This document shows positions 49,213 through 60,675 of a stretch of 64,000 nucleotides of DNA, piece after piece (position 1 is the first letter of the stretch; every line of letters starts with the position of its first letter). The position numbers were made by a program, and so were the translations under genes. Location of the stretch: the NCBI GenBank assembly GCA_004431415.1, contig QPMI01000453.1:124001-188000 (forward strand). Direction: 5' to 3'. The DNA comes from Cyanophora paradoxa CCMP329 (Eukaryota > Plantae > Glaucophyta). The notes under the pieces are model-generated. The model did not search any database, was not told the DNA's origin, and was given only the letters and a program-made list of their open reading frames with translations.

Positions 49213-51297
49213 TCAGAGGGCGGCCTTCGCGGCCTGGAAGGCGGCCAGCGCCCCTGCGACCTCCGGCCTGCGGGGTACGTCGCGATCGACGTCGGCGTCG
49301 ACGTCGGCGGGGTACGCGAGCGAGGGAGGGAGGGATGGATGGGGTACAGGCCGGGCGCACCCGCAGTCGAAGTCGGCGCGGATTTCGCAGCGGCGGAGGA
49401 GGGCGGGCGAGGCGGCGGCGCCGCGCAGGAGGCGGACGAGGAACGCCGCGCTCGATTCCTGGGCGCGGTCGACGAGCCAGGACCACGCCGCGCGGATCGA
49501 GAGCTCCTTGATCTGCGAAAGCGCCTGCAGGGCCGACAGGAGGGCGTCCGCGGCCGCGGTCGGGGCTGCGCATGCGGACGGGCGTCAAGACGACTGATTA
49601 TAAGGTTTGTTGTGGACGGAGCTCGAGCGCGCGCGCCTGCGCCTAATGACTCGCTCTTGAGGTCCTGCAGCTCCAGGCGCCGGAGGGAGGTGCAGCCTGC
49701 GGGCGGGCCTGCCGCTCAGGGAGCGCACGCAAGCGATGATTGATTGGGCCTTCGGGGATCGCCGGACGAGCCTGCCAGGCGGCGGAGGAGGGCGACCGAG
49801 CCTTCGAGGTCGCACAGCTCGATCTGGAGCCTGCGTTGATCATGAAGCGGGCCGAGTCAGAGAAGAGAAGGGGCCGACGGGATTATTCGAAGCAAGGCCG
49901 CACGCACCGCTGCAGGCCGGCGAGATGCAGGTGCAGGTCGCGCGGGACGGCGGCCTCGGGGAGGGGCAGCGTGCGCAGGGCGAGCTCGGCGGGCCCGAGG
50001 GCGGCGGGGCCCGACGCGGGGCGGAGGAGGCGCTCGAGCAGGTCGAAGGGGAGGGGCGACGGGAAGGGGAGCCCGAAGACGGTCAGGGAGCGGCAGGCGA
50101 CGCCCCGGTCGGAGAGCTCCCGGAGGGGGTCGCCCCCCTCGAGCTCGTCGTCCCCCTGGCTGTCGAGGCCGGCCTCCAGGGCGTGTACCCACTCCAGACG
50201 CGGGAAGGCGCTCAGGACGCGCGAGTAGTCGCAGGCGGGGATGCGCAGGCCGAGGCGCCGCAGGTTCGGGTGCGCAGGGAGCTGCGCCCGCGCGCGTGAG
50301 CGGTGGCGCCGGAGGGAACCGAGAGAAACTCAAGCGCAGCGCATGCGCACGTCGCCCGCGTCCGCCTCGACGAGCGCGCCGCTGGCGTCGCGGACCCTCA
50401 GCTCCTCGAGCTGCGGCGCCTCCGCCGCGAGGCACTCGAGGAGCCGCCGGAGGAGCCGGGCGCTCGGGTCGGCGCCGTGGAGGAGCGGCGTGCGCAGCAG
50501 CGGCAGGCGGAGGGCGGCTCGGAGGAGGGCCCGCGGCGCGAGGGCCCCGCGGAGGGCGTGGGAGACGTGGAAGGACGACGTAGTGTCCCGCCGCACCTCG
50601 AGCGCCATCAGCCGCAGCGCGTCGGTTGGCCGCCCCAGCAGTCTCCGGCCCACCTCCTCCGCCGCCGTCTCGCACGGGTACGCGAGCTGCTCCCGCGCCG
50701 CCGCCGGCAGCTCGCCGAGCAGGCGGACCCGCTCGAAGTCGGCTTGAGGGTTCTGCTCGTCCGGCGCTTTGCACCGCGCCGCCGCCCGCAGAAAGGCGGT
50801 TGCCTTGTTCGGCTTCGCGAGCTCCGCCATCCGCCTGCGCGCCGTGCGTCAGGCGAAGCGGGCGACTGCCGCGGCCGCGGCGAACGCGTACGCGGCACTC
50901 ACATCGGCTGCCCCCGCCGCACGTCCGAAACGAGCCTGCGGGTCGGAAGGACGTCAGAAGCGCTCTTCACATCACAAGCAAGACGAAGCAAGCGGGCGTA
51001 CACGAGAGTGAGTGGCTCGCCGCTGACGCCCGCCACGGCGCGCCACCGACGGCACACACGCGCGACCGCCGGCGGCCGCTCCCAGTCGTGGCGAGCGTCG
51101 AGGTCGAGAAAGCTGAAGACGAAGCGCAGCAGCTCGTCCGGCAGGATCGCAGTCTCCGCTTCGGCCTCGCCGGCCCCCGGAGCGACTGCGGAGGCTGCCG
51201 ACGCTGCAGCTGTGCTGCCGGTGCTCTGTCCTGCATCTGAGCGTCCCCGCTTGCCCGCGCGCTCGCTGCCCCCGGACTTCTTGCCTCGACCGCTCAT
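49213..51297 (-). CDS. F-box protein with degenerate LRR-like region
   Basis: ILPDELLRFVFSFLD...VARVCRRWRAVA (F-box); APQLEELRV, PNLRRLGL, FPRLEWV; last exon ends ...FQAAKAAL-TGA. Confidence 0.75.
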
Positions 51298-51869
51298 GAT
51301 CCTTCCACAATCGCCTGCCGGTAGAAAAGCACGCAGCGATAAACGACGAGAACCGCCGACGTGTAGAGCCGGAGCTGGCGCCGGCCGCGGGCGGCTTGCA
51401 GCCAAGCTAGTGGAGGCGCTGCGGCGGACTGCAACGAGCCTGGTGCTCGAAGCCTCGGAGCCACCAACTCAGCTGCTCTCGGCGCTGCAGGTTGAGCGGC
51501 TCGGCGCTGTACCCGTCGCAGCGGCCTTCAGGCCGCCAAATCTAAAACCGGCGGAGCAGAGCACGCACGGCGGCAGGAGCATTCCCGTTGCGTAAGTAGG
51601 GTCTGCGCCGGCCTCAAGGATTGAAGGGCGATTAGCGGAATGTGCGGCCGGAGTCGATCGAGGCGCCGGCAAGAAGTCGGCAGGCAGCGAGCGCGCGGGA
51701 AAGCGGCGGCGAAATGACGTCTACATTTGCAGGAGCCCGGTGGTCGCAGGCCTTACTGCTAGGCCCTGAGGCTAGCCTAGTAGGCCTAGGCAGCAGGTGC
51801 ATTTCATGATATCGCTTCCAGACTCTCTCTCTCTCTCCAAGATTTTCAGTGTAGCTAAATCTGCATTTC

Positions 51870-54800
51870 TCACAGGCTCCTAATCCTCCTCATGAAATCC
51901 CGGAACTCGGAGGCCTGCGGGCAGGGGCGCCCCGTGTCAGGCGAGGGAGGGGAGTGGGGAAAGTGGAGGGGAAGCTGGAGGGGGGTACGCACGCGGACGG
52001 GGACCTCGTCGAGGGCGTAGTGGACGTCGAGGTCGTCGCCCTGCGGTACCCCTCCCCGTCGGCCCAAGCGGCGTACCCCCGCCACGCGGCGCGGCGCGGA
52101 CCTCGTCGAAAGGCAGTGGACCCTCCACCTGCCGCCCGTTGACGGTGCTGTGGACGCGAAGCTGTACCCGGGACCCGAGGCGCGATCAGGACGGGCCGGC
52201 GGGGATAGAGGGTTTGGGGTTACGGCGCCGCGCTCGCCTTGTACCGCGCGACCCCGTGCTTCTCGGGGTCCACCTCGCCGTCCCCCTCCTCGTCAAGCCC
52301 GGGAAGGTCCCCGTCTGGATTCGAAGACGGGACCTCAGCCGACGGCAGAGGTTGGGGGGGGGGGAGGGGGGGAAGGGGGGTACCGCGGAGCGTCTGGGAC
52401 CAACCAGAGTCCTGGGCGGGGTCTGCGGGCGAGGGGGGGATCCCTCGCTCAGCAAGGGGGGTACGGGGCCGCCCCGATCGACCGGGGTGCGGTACCCGAG
52501 GGGAAGACGAAGAGGTCGAGCTCGGGGCGGGCGGGGTGCGCGGAGGCGACGACCCGCAGCATCTGAGCGGCCGTCTGAGCGCGGGCGCTGCGCCGCTATC
52601 TATCTCTCCAGGGGGGGGGCGGGTGAAGTGGGGAGGAGGGGGGGGGAGGAGGGGGGGGGTCGGACCTGGCCCTCCCAGCGGTTCGTGAATTCATCCAGGA
52701 TGCGGATCAGGATCTGGAAAGGGAGATGGGGGAATCAGAGGGGGAAGGGGGCCGGGGGCTGGAGGCCGCAAACGCGCCTGCACGGTGACGTCAAAGGAGC
52801 GGCGGGCGAGCTTGCCCGAGCCGTACACGCAGCGCTCGATCTCCTCGAGGCTGACGTACTCGAACCCGAAGACACGCTCCGTGTTGTGGTACGTCACGAA
52901 CGCCCCGTCCATCTGCCCGATCCGCAGCTGCGGGCAGAAGAAGATAAGCGGAGGAGGTGGGGGGGGGTACGGGGTACGGGGTACGGGTACGGACCTGGAG
53001 GGCGTACTTGATGAAGCAGGAGCGCACCATGTCGTAGAACTCGCGCTCGTAGCTGTGCATCTGAGGGGGGCGCGCGCGGGCGGGGGCGGATCGCAGGCCT
53101 CAGAGATTTAATCTGATCCAACTTAAACCAAGGTTTCCAGAATTCCGCACCTGCCCCAGCAGCCGCGTGATCCGGTACCCCAGATGCATGTGGTAGTTCC
53201 CGCAGTCCTGCGCGGCGCGGCGCGGCGCGGCGTGAGCGGAGACGAACGAAGGAACGAAGGAACGAACGAGGGCGAAGGCGGCGGGCAGAGAGGAGGGGGG
53301 GGGGGGGGGGGGGAGAGACCTGGCGGATGGGTACAGTGGCGCGAGACTTGAGGTCGAAGGTGTGCGACTCGCCGGGGAGCGACGGGTCGTGGCAGTCGAT
53401 CTGCGCGCGTGCGAACGAAGTTTCAGGGCGAGAAAGGCGAAGTTTCAGGACGAGAAAGGCGAAGTTTCAGGGCGAGAACGGCGAAGTTTCTATCTAGACG
53501 AGAACGACGCCGCTGGAGAGTGGAAGCGGCGGGCGGCGCCCCTTAATCTTTGTACCCTGATCCCGTCCCGTCCCGCCCCGTCCCAGCCGCCAGCCTCTAG
53601 CCTCTAGATTTAGCCTAGCCCGTCCCAGCCCATCCCAGTGGACGGGCCTGGGAGCGGAGCCTAGCATGGGCTCTACCTAGCTTAGGAGAGCCCAGTCCCG
53701 TCCCGTCCCATCCCGCCCCGTCCCAGCCTCTCCCGTCCTGGACGGACGGACCTGGGAGCGGAGGAGCATGTCGCCGGCGCGGAGGTACGAGAAGGACTGA
53801 GGCTGGAGGAGGTCGGGGTCCAGCGGCCCCGAGTACGGCGCCCGCCCGGGCTGCAGCGTCAGATCAGATCAGATCAGATCAGATCAGATCAGATCAGATC
53901 AGATCAGATCAAATCTAAATTTATAGGGACCTGGAGGAGGAGCTTCTCGCGGAACTCCTCGGCGCTCATGGTCAGGAACCGTTCCATGGACTTGCCCAGG
54001 TCGATCAGGATCGCGTTCTGCGGGCGGGCGGCGAGCGGGCGCCGGTTAGGCAAGGTGGCTTAGGTGTGGCTTGGGTGTTAGCCTAAGATAGCCCAAGGTG
54101 GCTTAGATGTGGCTTAGGTGTTAGGTCGACTCGTCGTCCTATCTATTCGCGTTCTGCGGGCGGGCGGGCGGGCGGGCGGCGAGCGGGCGCGCGCCGGTTA
54201 GGCAAAGGTGAGGCGACAGGGGCACATGGAGGATGGAGCTACAGGGAGTGATCGCGTTAGGTCACTGTTAGTTGGAGATGCCGAAGCTGCGGCTAGCTAC
54301 GCCCCTCACTAGCGGCTAGCCGGTCAGGCAGCGGTGAGGCGACGAGGATCCGGATCCAGGCCCGAACATCGAATGGAGCTGTGGCTAGCTAGCTAGGTCC
54401 GTCTGGGCGCTGAAGCTGGGGCGACCATTCCGGCCCGTCCCGGGCAGCGCTCCTGGGGGTCACCTAAGATAGCCTAAGGTGTCTTATGTGTAGCTGAGGT
54501 GATGGGCCAACTCTAGACCGTCGTGGGTGCTCTTATCAACTCTAGACTCCTGTCTAAGCCACCTTGGGCTTTCTATCTATCTATCCACCGCACCTGGGGG
54601 TTGCGCTCGAGGGGCTGCCCGTCGACGGTGTAGAAGCGCTGCCCGTCGCGCTCCCGCGGCCGCAGCGCGAACGCGATGGGCTTGCGCGTCGCCCGCGTGA
54701 AGGAAACCGGCTGCGCAGATCGGATCAGATGGGATCGGGGCTTAACATAACAGCTTATTAGGTTAAATTAGATAGGATCGGATCGGATGGGATCGGAGCT

Positions 54801-57800
54801 TAACATAACAGCTTATTAGGTTAAATTAGATAGGATCGGATCGGATTGGATCACCATGGCGAAGAAGTGCTCGGAGAGGTAAGAGATGTCGACGGGGCGG
54901 AAGCGGGACATGGTGAAGTAGATGTGGGAGAGGATGTTCGTCACCGACGAGGTCGAGCCGAGGTACCGCGACGCCCGCGCCGCCGCCAGCCCCTGCGAGG
55001 GGAGGGGTGAGGGGCGAGGGGGGGGTGGGGTGGGGGGTGGGGGGGGGGCCGAGGGGCGGGGGGGTCGGAGAGGATCGGAGAGGGCGCGCGAGGGCGAGGA
55101 AGGCTGGCTAGGGAGGCTGGAAGGCGAGGGGAGGGGCGAGGGGCGAGGGGCGAGGGGCGAGGGGCCAGGGAGGCGCGCGGGGAAGCCGCGCCGGCTGGCT
55201 GGCTGGCTAGCCTAGGGTGGCGCCCCCGCGTTCGCGCGCTCTCTGGATCTCTAGCGAGCTAGCCGGCTAGCTGCCGGGCTAGCTGGCCGGATAGCTGCCT
55301 AAGTAGCTCCCCGGATCTTAAACGCGCCCGCTCGCTCTCTCTCTCTCTCTCTCTTGATAGCCGGATCTCTGGATCCCCTTGCCCTGCGCCTGGGCGAGCC
55401 TGACCGCGCCTTTTGCCATGCCCTTATCTTAGGCTAGCCCTGCGCCTGGGCGCGCGCGCTCACCTGCAGGGCCGCGTCCTTGGAGGAGGGCGTGAAGACG
55501 TTAAGAAGCGTGAAGTCGATCTCGCTGCGAACGAGGTTAGTTGGCTGGCGCGGACGTCGCTGGCTGGCTAGTGTTTGTCTTTAGCTAGCCAGTTCGTTAG
55601 CTTGGCGCGCCTGGGGTGGTGGAGGCGCTCGAGGTAGGCTGGGAAGTTGAGCTTGGAGGAGCGCAGGTCCCGGATGGGGTGGATCCCGGGGCTCTTCAGC
55701 ACCTGTGCGTGTACCCCCGGTCAGCGAAGGGGGGGGGGGGGGGTTCTGCTCTAGCCGTTCGTCGCCGGGCGCGAGGGGCGCGCTCGCGCGGGCGCGTGCT
55801 CGAGCTCGAGCTCGAAGGCGCTAGGGTGTTCAGGGATGGAGGGTCGGCAGTCTAGAAGACCCCTGGGGTCCTTAAACCTAGGGCGCTAGGGCGAAGGTCT
55901 TAGGGTTCTCAGGTGGGGCGAGCGGACCTGCTCGAGCCCGTGCCGGAGCCGCGGGGCGTCGACGGCCCCTTCCGGACGAAGCACTGCGGGAGCGAACGAG
56001 CGAGCGAGCGAGGGGGCAACGTTAGCGAGAGATGGGCCGAGCGTCAGTCAGCAGCGCGGAAGCGGCAGTGCGCGTACCCTCGCGCTCGAGGACGGGATCG
56101 ACGCGGGTGTACCCGGGCGGGGCGCCCGGCTGCGGACGGGAGGGGTCGAACGGTTAGTTAGGCGCGGGGGATGCGGTGCGGGGCGGGCCGGGCCGGGACG
56201 CGCACGGTGGGGACCAGGGGGAAGGTCGCGATGGAGGGGGCGGCGAGGAGGGTCGGCCGCTCGGAGCGGCCGGAGGGGCGCTCGCCCTCGCCCTCGGCTT
56301 TGGGGGCCGGCCGCAGCCCGATCAGCTCCGCGAAGGATTTGATCTTCTGCCCGAGGAAGGACGCCGCGCCGAAGCCCGGGCCGGAGCCGGAGCCGGAGCC
56401 GGAGCCGGCCCGCCACGCCGGCGCCTCGGGCTGCTGCTGCCGCCGCTGACCCTCCTTCTCCTCCTCCTGCCCCTCCTCCTCCTCGGCGCAGGTGGGACAC
56501 GACGCCGGGGCCGTGGCTCGGCTCGCGGGGCTCACGACCAGCTCGTGCCCGCAGGCCGCCGATCGGACCCAGGTCACTGGCCTCCGGTACATCTGCCCGC
56601 TCGACGCCTCCTCTGCCCCGCCGCACGAAGCCCACAGCGTCAGCGTTTCCTGAGAGAGAGAAAGGAAGGGACGAACGAACGCTCACCCGAGTACTCTTCG
56701 GTGAGGGGTACGTAGGCCGGCGGTTGCGGGGTCGTCGGCCCGAGGCGGAGGGATATGGGGCGGCCTCGGCCTCGCGGGGTCCTGTTCATGAGCCCGTAGA
56801 CACGGGCCAGCGTCGAGTCCAGCCCGTCGGTGGGCGGCACCCGGGGGAGCAGCGGCTCCTCCGTCGCCGCCCCGGCCCCGGCCCCGGCCCCGGCCCCGGC
56901 CCCGGGCCCGTCCTCGGGGATCTCGGCCGCGCCGATCACCTCCTCCTCCACGTCGGCGACGGCGGCCGGGGCGGGCTCCAGCGGCAGTGGATCCGCGGGC
57001 GCCGGCGCGGCGGGATCGACCGACGTGACCGTGACGACCGCCCGCTGCACCACGTTCGGCTCCGTGCGCCGCCGCCGCCCGCCCTCCCTTCCGGCCCCCG
57101 CCTTGCCGTTGGCGGCTTCGGCGGGCGCGGCGCCGTCTGCCGGCGGCGGCGTGGACGGCTCCGCTTGCAGCGCCTCTTGAACCGCCGCGACCGCGGGCAC
57201 AGAGGCCAAAGCCAGAGAGGCGTGGGCCGAAAGGAAGTCTCCGAGAGTCTCCCGCCCCGGGGCCGACACCCCACCGGCCGCGTCCTGCGCCTTCTGCGGG
57301 CCCCCCGCCCCCGGCGTCGACTCGGCGGGCTTCCTAGCCGTTCGGGACAACTTGGCGGTCGATCGCTTCTGGTGCGTTCGGCTCGGATGGTGCGGAGTCC
57401 TCGTGAACCCCGCCGACGCTGCGGCTGTCGCCGCCGCCGCCGGCAGCCGCGGCGGCTTCAGCGCCTCGACCCGCAGCTCGGACTCGAAGGTCGCCGCCGC
57501 TCCGCTTTCTTTTTGCTGGCCGGTCTTCGTTGAGCTGATGAGATGCATGAACGCCCGCTCGACGGGAGAGAGCGGGAGTTCTTCTCGCTGGGAGAGCGGC
57601 CGGCCCGAGGACGAAGCGAGTGCCGCCGAGAGAAGCGGCGCGGGGGGCGCGGGCGGGAGCGCCCATTCGTCCGCGGGTTGCGCGGAGATCGCCGATCTTC
57701 CGCCCGGCGCCGCCGGTTCCGCCCGCACGGCGGCCTTGGCGGCCCTGCTGGATGACGCGTTTGACTTGGCCGCCGCTGCTGGCGATACCGCCCTGCGCGG

Positions 57801-58189
57801 CCTCCTTGACACGGGCTTGGGACTCGCCTCGCCGCGCTTCTTCGGTGCGACTCTCTCGGGCCCCTGCCCGCTGCTCGGTCCGCCCGGTGACGGCTCGCCG
57901 CCTCGCGGGGGCGAGGGCGGCGCTGGCTGCGGTGGTGGCGGCGCTGGCTGTGGGGGCGTGTACGCGAGTCCCATGAGGGAAGATAAGGAAGGCGTGTCGC
58001 CCGCTGTGCTCTGCAGCGCGCACGAGCGTCAGACAAGCGCGGGCCCGTTGCGATCTCGACTATCACTGTGCTTGCACGAACCTTGCCGGATGCGGCGGAG
58101 AGCAGTGAGGCTGCTCGCTTCGCTTGCGCGTGCAACCTCGCGCGCGAGGGCGGCGCCTGCGTGGCGCGCGCCAGCGCCGCGAAGTGCAT
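51870..58189 (-). CDS. PET127: Pet127 family mitochondrial RNA 5'-processing exoribonuclease with long N-terminal extension
   Basis: LRHGLEQ|VLKSPGIH, YLGSTSSVTNILSHIYF, LGKSMERFLT, MLLRSQ|IDCHD, TFDLKSRATVPIR, SYEREFYDMVRS, IGQMDGAFVTYHNTERVFGFEY. Confidence 0.9.
53419..53490. repeat. 22-bp intronic tandem repeat (~3.5 copies)
   Basis: gaagtttcagggcgagaaaggc variants in a PET127 intron. Confidence 0.8.
53859..53910. repeat. (TCAGA)n intronic microsatellite
   Basis: About 10 perfect tcaga units; shorter arrays at 4216, 9061 and 15112. Confidence 0.9.
54716..54853. repeat. ~58-bp intronic tandem duplication with (GGATC)n
   Basis: gcttaacataacagcttattaggttaaattagataggatcggatcggat occurs twice. 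Confidence 0.85.
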
Positions 58190-58734
58190 CGCTGCTGGCG
58201 GGCCTGCCGAACGCTGCACAATCGACCAAGCGATGTTCTACTGACAAGCTGCTTGTTCTACGGGGGAGTTTCGATCGGGGAAGCGAGTCACTGGTCGCAG
58301 TGGTCGCCGCTGGTCGGCCCTGTAGGGGTAGAGCAGCGAACCTCTGTCTTGGTGAAGGGGACGCGCGCAGCTCCCGGACGCTGTAAAGCTGCACGGACGG
58401 CTGCAGCTCCAATAGCCGCAGTGCGTGGCGAAGAATCGTGCCCTTCGGTTGACAGCGGAATCACCGTGAGCGCCCCGTCGGACCGCGTTGGCCCGCGCGA
58501 TTCTTGACGTCGTTTGAAGCGCAGAGCGCATATTAAGGCTGCTCCCCCCGCCCTGCAGACAGCGCGTGGCTCCCAGGCGACATCCTCCAGCGCCGGCAGC
58601 GGCGACCAGTTCTCGCGCTGCGCCGTGCAAACCGGTGCTCCAGATCTCGCGCGGCGCCGTGCCAACGTGCGACTGATGGGCATGTCCCATCGCAGCGGCG
58701 CGCTTCAGCGCCAGCCCGATTTAGGCAGGAGCAG

Positions 58735-60109
58735 ATGGCGCTGCTGTCGCCGGCCCACGATCCGCGCCTGACGAAGAGCGCGGAGTACGCGCCAAGTGCG
58801 CTCTCGGCGACGTTCTACAACCCGCTGTTGGCGGCGAAGCGGTCTAGGGAGCAGGCCGAGGTCTGCTTTTCAGCTCGCGACCCATCATCAGCTTTCGATC
58901 GCCTCCTACTAACCGGCTTCGCGTTCCTCGCGCTTCAGGTCGATGTCCAGTTGCTCGAGAACAGGCTGCGGCGCCTGCGCGTCGAGACCGAACGTAGCGA
59001 GCGAGCGGTGGAGCACACCCGCAAGCGCGGTGCGTCGCAGCAGCAGCGCCCCCGAGGAAGGACGGTCCCGTGCGCTGTGCGCTCAGACGCCTCGCAGCGA
59101 ACGAGATTCTGTCGCTGAAAGAGCGCAACGAGGAGCGCCGGGCGGCGAAAGCCAGGTTACAGGAACTAGAGGAGATGGGTGCGTCGCGACCGGCCGGGCC
59201 GGCCGGCGGCGCGCGCCGCTGACAGAGAGCGGCCGCCGCGCAGAGCGGAGGCGGAAAGCAGAGATGCTTTTGAAGGCGAAGGCGGAGACGCGAGCGCAGC
59301 GGGAAGCGATGGTCTCCTCCATGCTGCAGAGCCGGCGGGCCGAGGCGGCCGAGAGCAAGCGCGCCTCGGCCGAGTACGACCAGAGCGCCGAGCGCTTCCG
59401 CGAGGTGTACCCCCCGCTTCCCCCCCCCCTTCCCTTCTCACGGAGGAGCGCAGATGGAGCGGCGACGGGCCGCGCTCATGCGGCACTCCATCCGACAGGT
59501 AGTGTACCCTGCCTGGCCCCGCAAGCCAGCCTGGCATGCCCGCCCGCCCGCCCTACTGATCAGATACGTAGAGGGAAGTGGAGGCGCAGGCGAGGACGCA
59601 GCGGCTGCGGCAGCGGCACGAGACGGCGCTGCTGGAGGACTGGGGGCACCGCCTCGCCCTGGAGGAGGAGCGCCGCCGGCGGGCACAGGAGGTCGCCTCC
59701 CGCATGGAGCAGGAGGAGGTGGGCCCTTTCTTATGTACCTATCTAACCAACTATCCATCTATCTGTCTATCTGTCTATTTTTATCTGTTTAACTTATCTT
59801 ATGCTACAGGCGGAGCTGCTGGAGAAGCTGCGGGCGGTGCAGGCGAAGCAGCGGGCGGCCTACGTGGAGCTGGAGGGCGCCCTGCGGGCCTCTTCGCCGC
59901 TCGGGCTGGGGACCGGCTCCGCAGCCTCGTCCGAGCGCGGCTCGGCCACGGCCGCCGGCGCCATGCGGAGCGCGGCCACGGCCCCTGCGGGCGCCCGCCG
60001 GCACCCGCAGCAGCCGCAGCAGCAGCAGCAGCCGTACTCTCCGTCCTCCTCTACCTCCTCGCCCCACGCCCTCTCCTTCATCGATCGCGAGCTCGCCCGC
60101 ACCCAGTAG
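58735..60109 (+). CDS. Coiled-coil protein of unknown function
   Basis: GT-AG splicing gives DVQLLENRLRRLRVE...HTRKR|ANEILSLK...RMEQEE|AELLEKLRAVQAKQRAAYVELEGAL; stop at 60109. Confidence 0.7.
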
Positions 60110-60675
60110 CACTGCGGCAGGCGGGCCGGCCCGGCGGCCGGGCCCGCCATGGCTACTTCCCTACTTTTTCGATCGGACGCCCTTTTTCCTAGGCAGGTTT
60201 TTCCCTTTTTCTGTTTCTGGGGGAGCGGGCGGCCAGCCCCTTCCCGATTCTTCGCATCGGCAGTTGACGTATGTTATATCGTGTTATCGTGCACGTGAGA
60301 GTGTGTATGCAGGCAGCAGCTTTTTTCGAGTTCGAATCCAGAGATCCTTTCATTCGCAAATCGACGACGTGCGCATGCCGCACACGCGTTGCAGTTGGTG
60401 GCTAGCCGCGCGAAGGCGCCCGGCGCTGTGGTACCGGTGGCGGCGGGCGGCTCGATCGCCGAGTCGAGCTCGCCGAGTCGCGCCCTGGCGCCGGCGCGGT
60501 CCGTTGAATTCGAACTACGTATACGGTCCGTGCGATGCTAAGCGGTTTGGAATCCTTGCACGTGGCGGTCGAAGCTTATATTCAGAGATCCGGCTCGACG
60601 CGCGCAGCTGCAGGTTCCGATTCGACGCAGGGTGCGCTCCGGGGTAGAGGCAACAGAGGGGGGATACAGCGCAAG

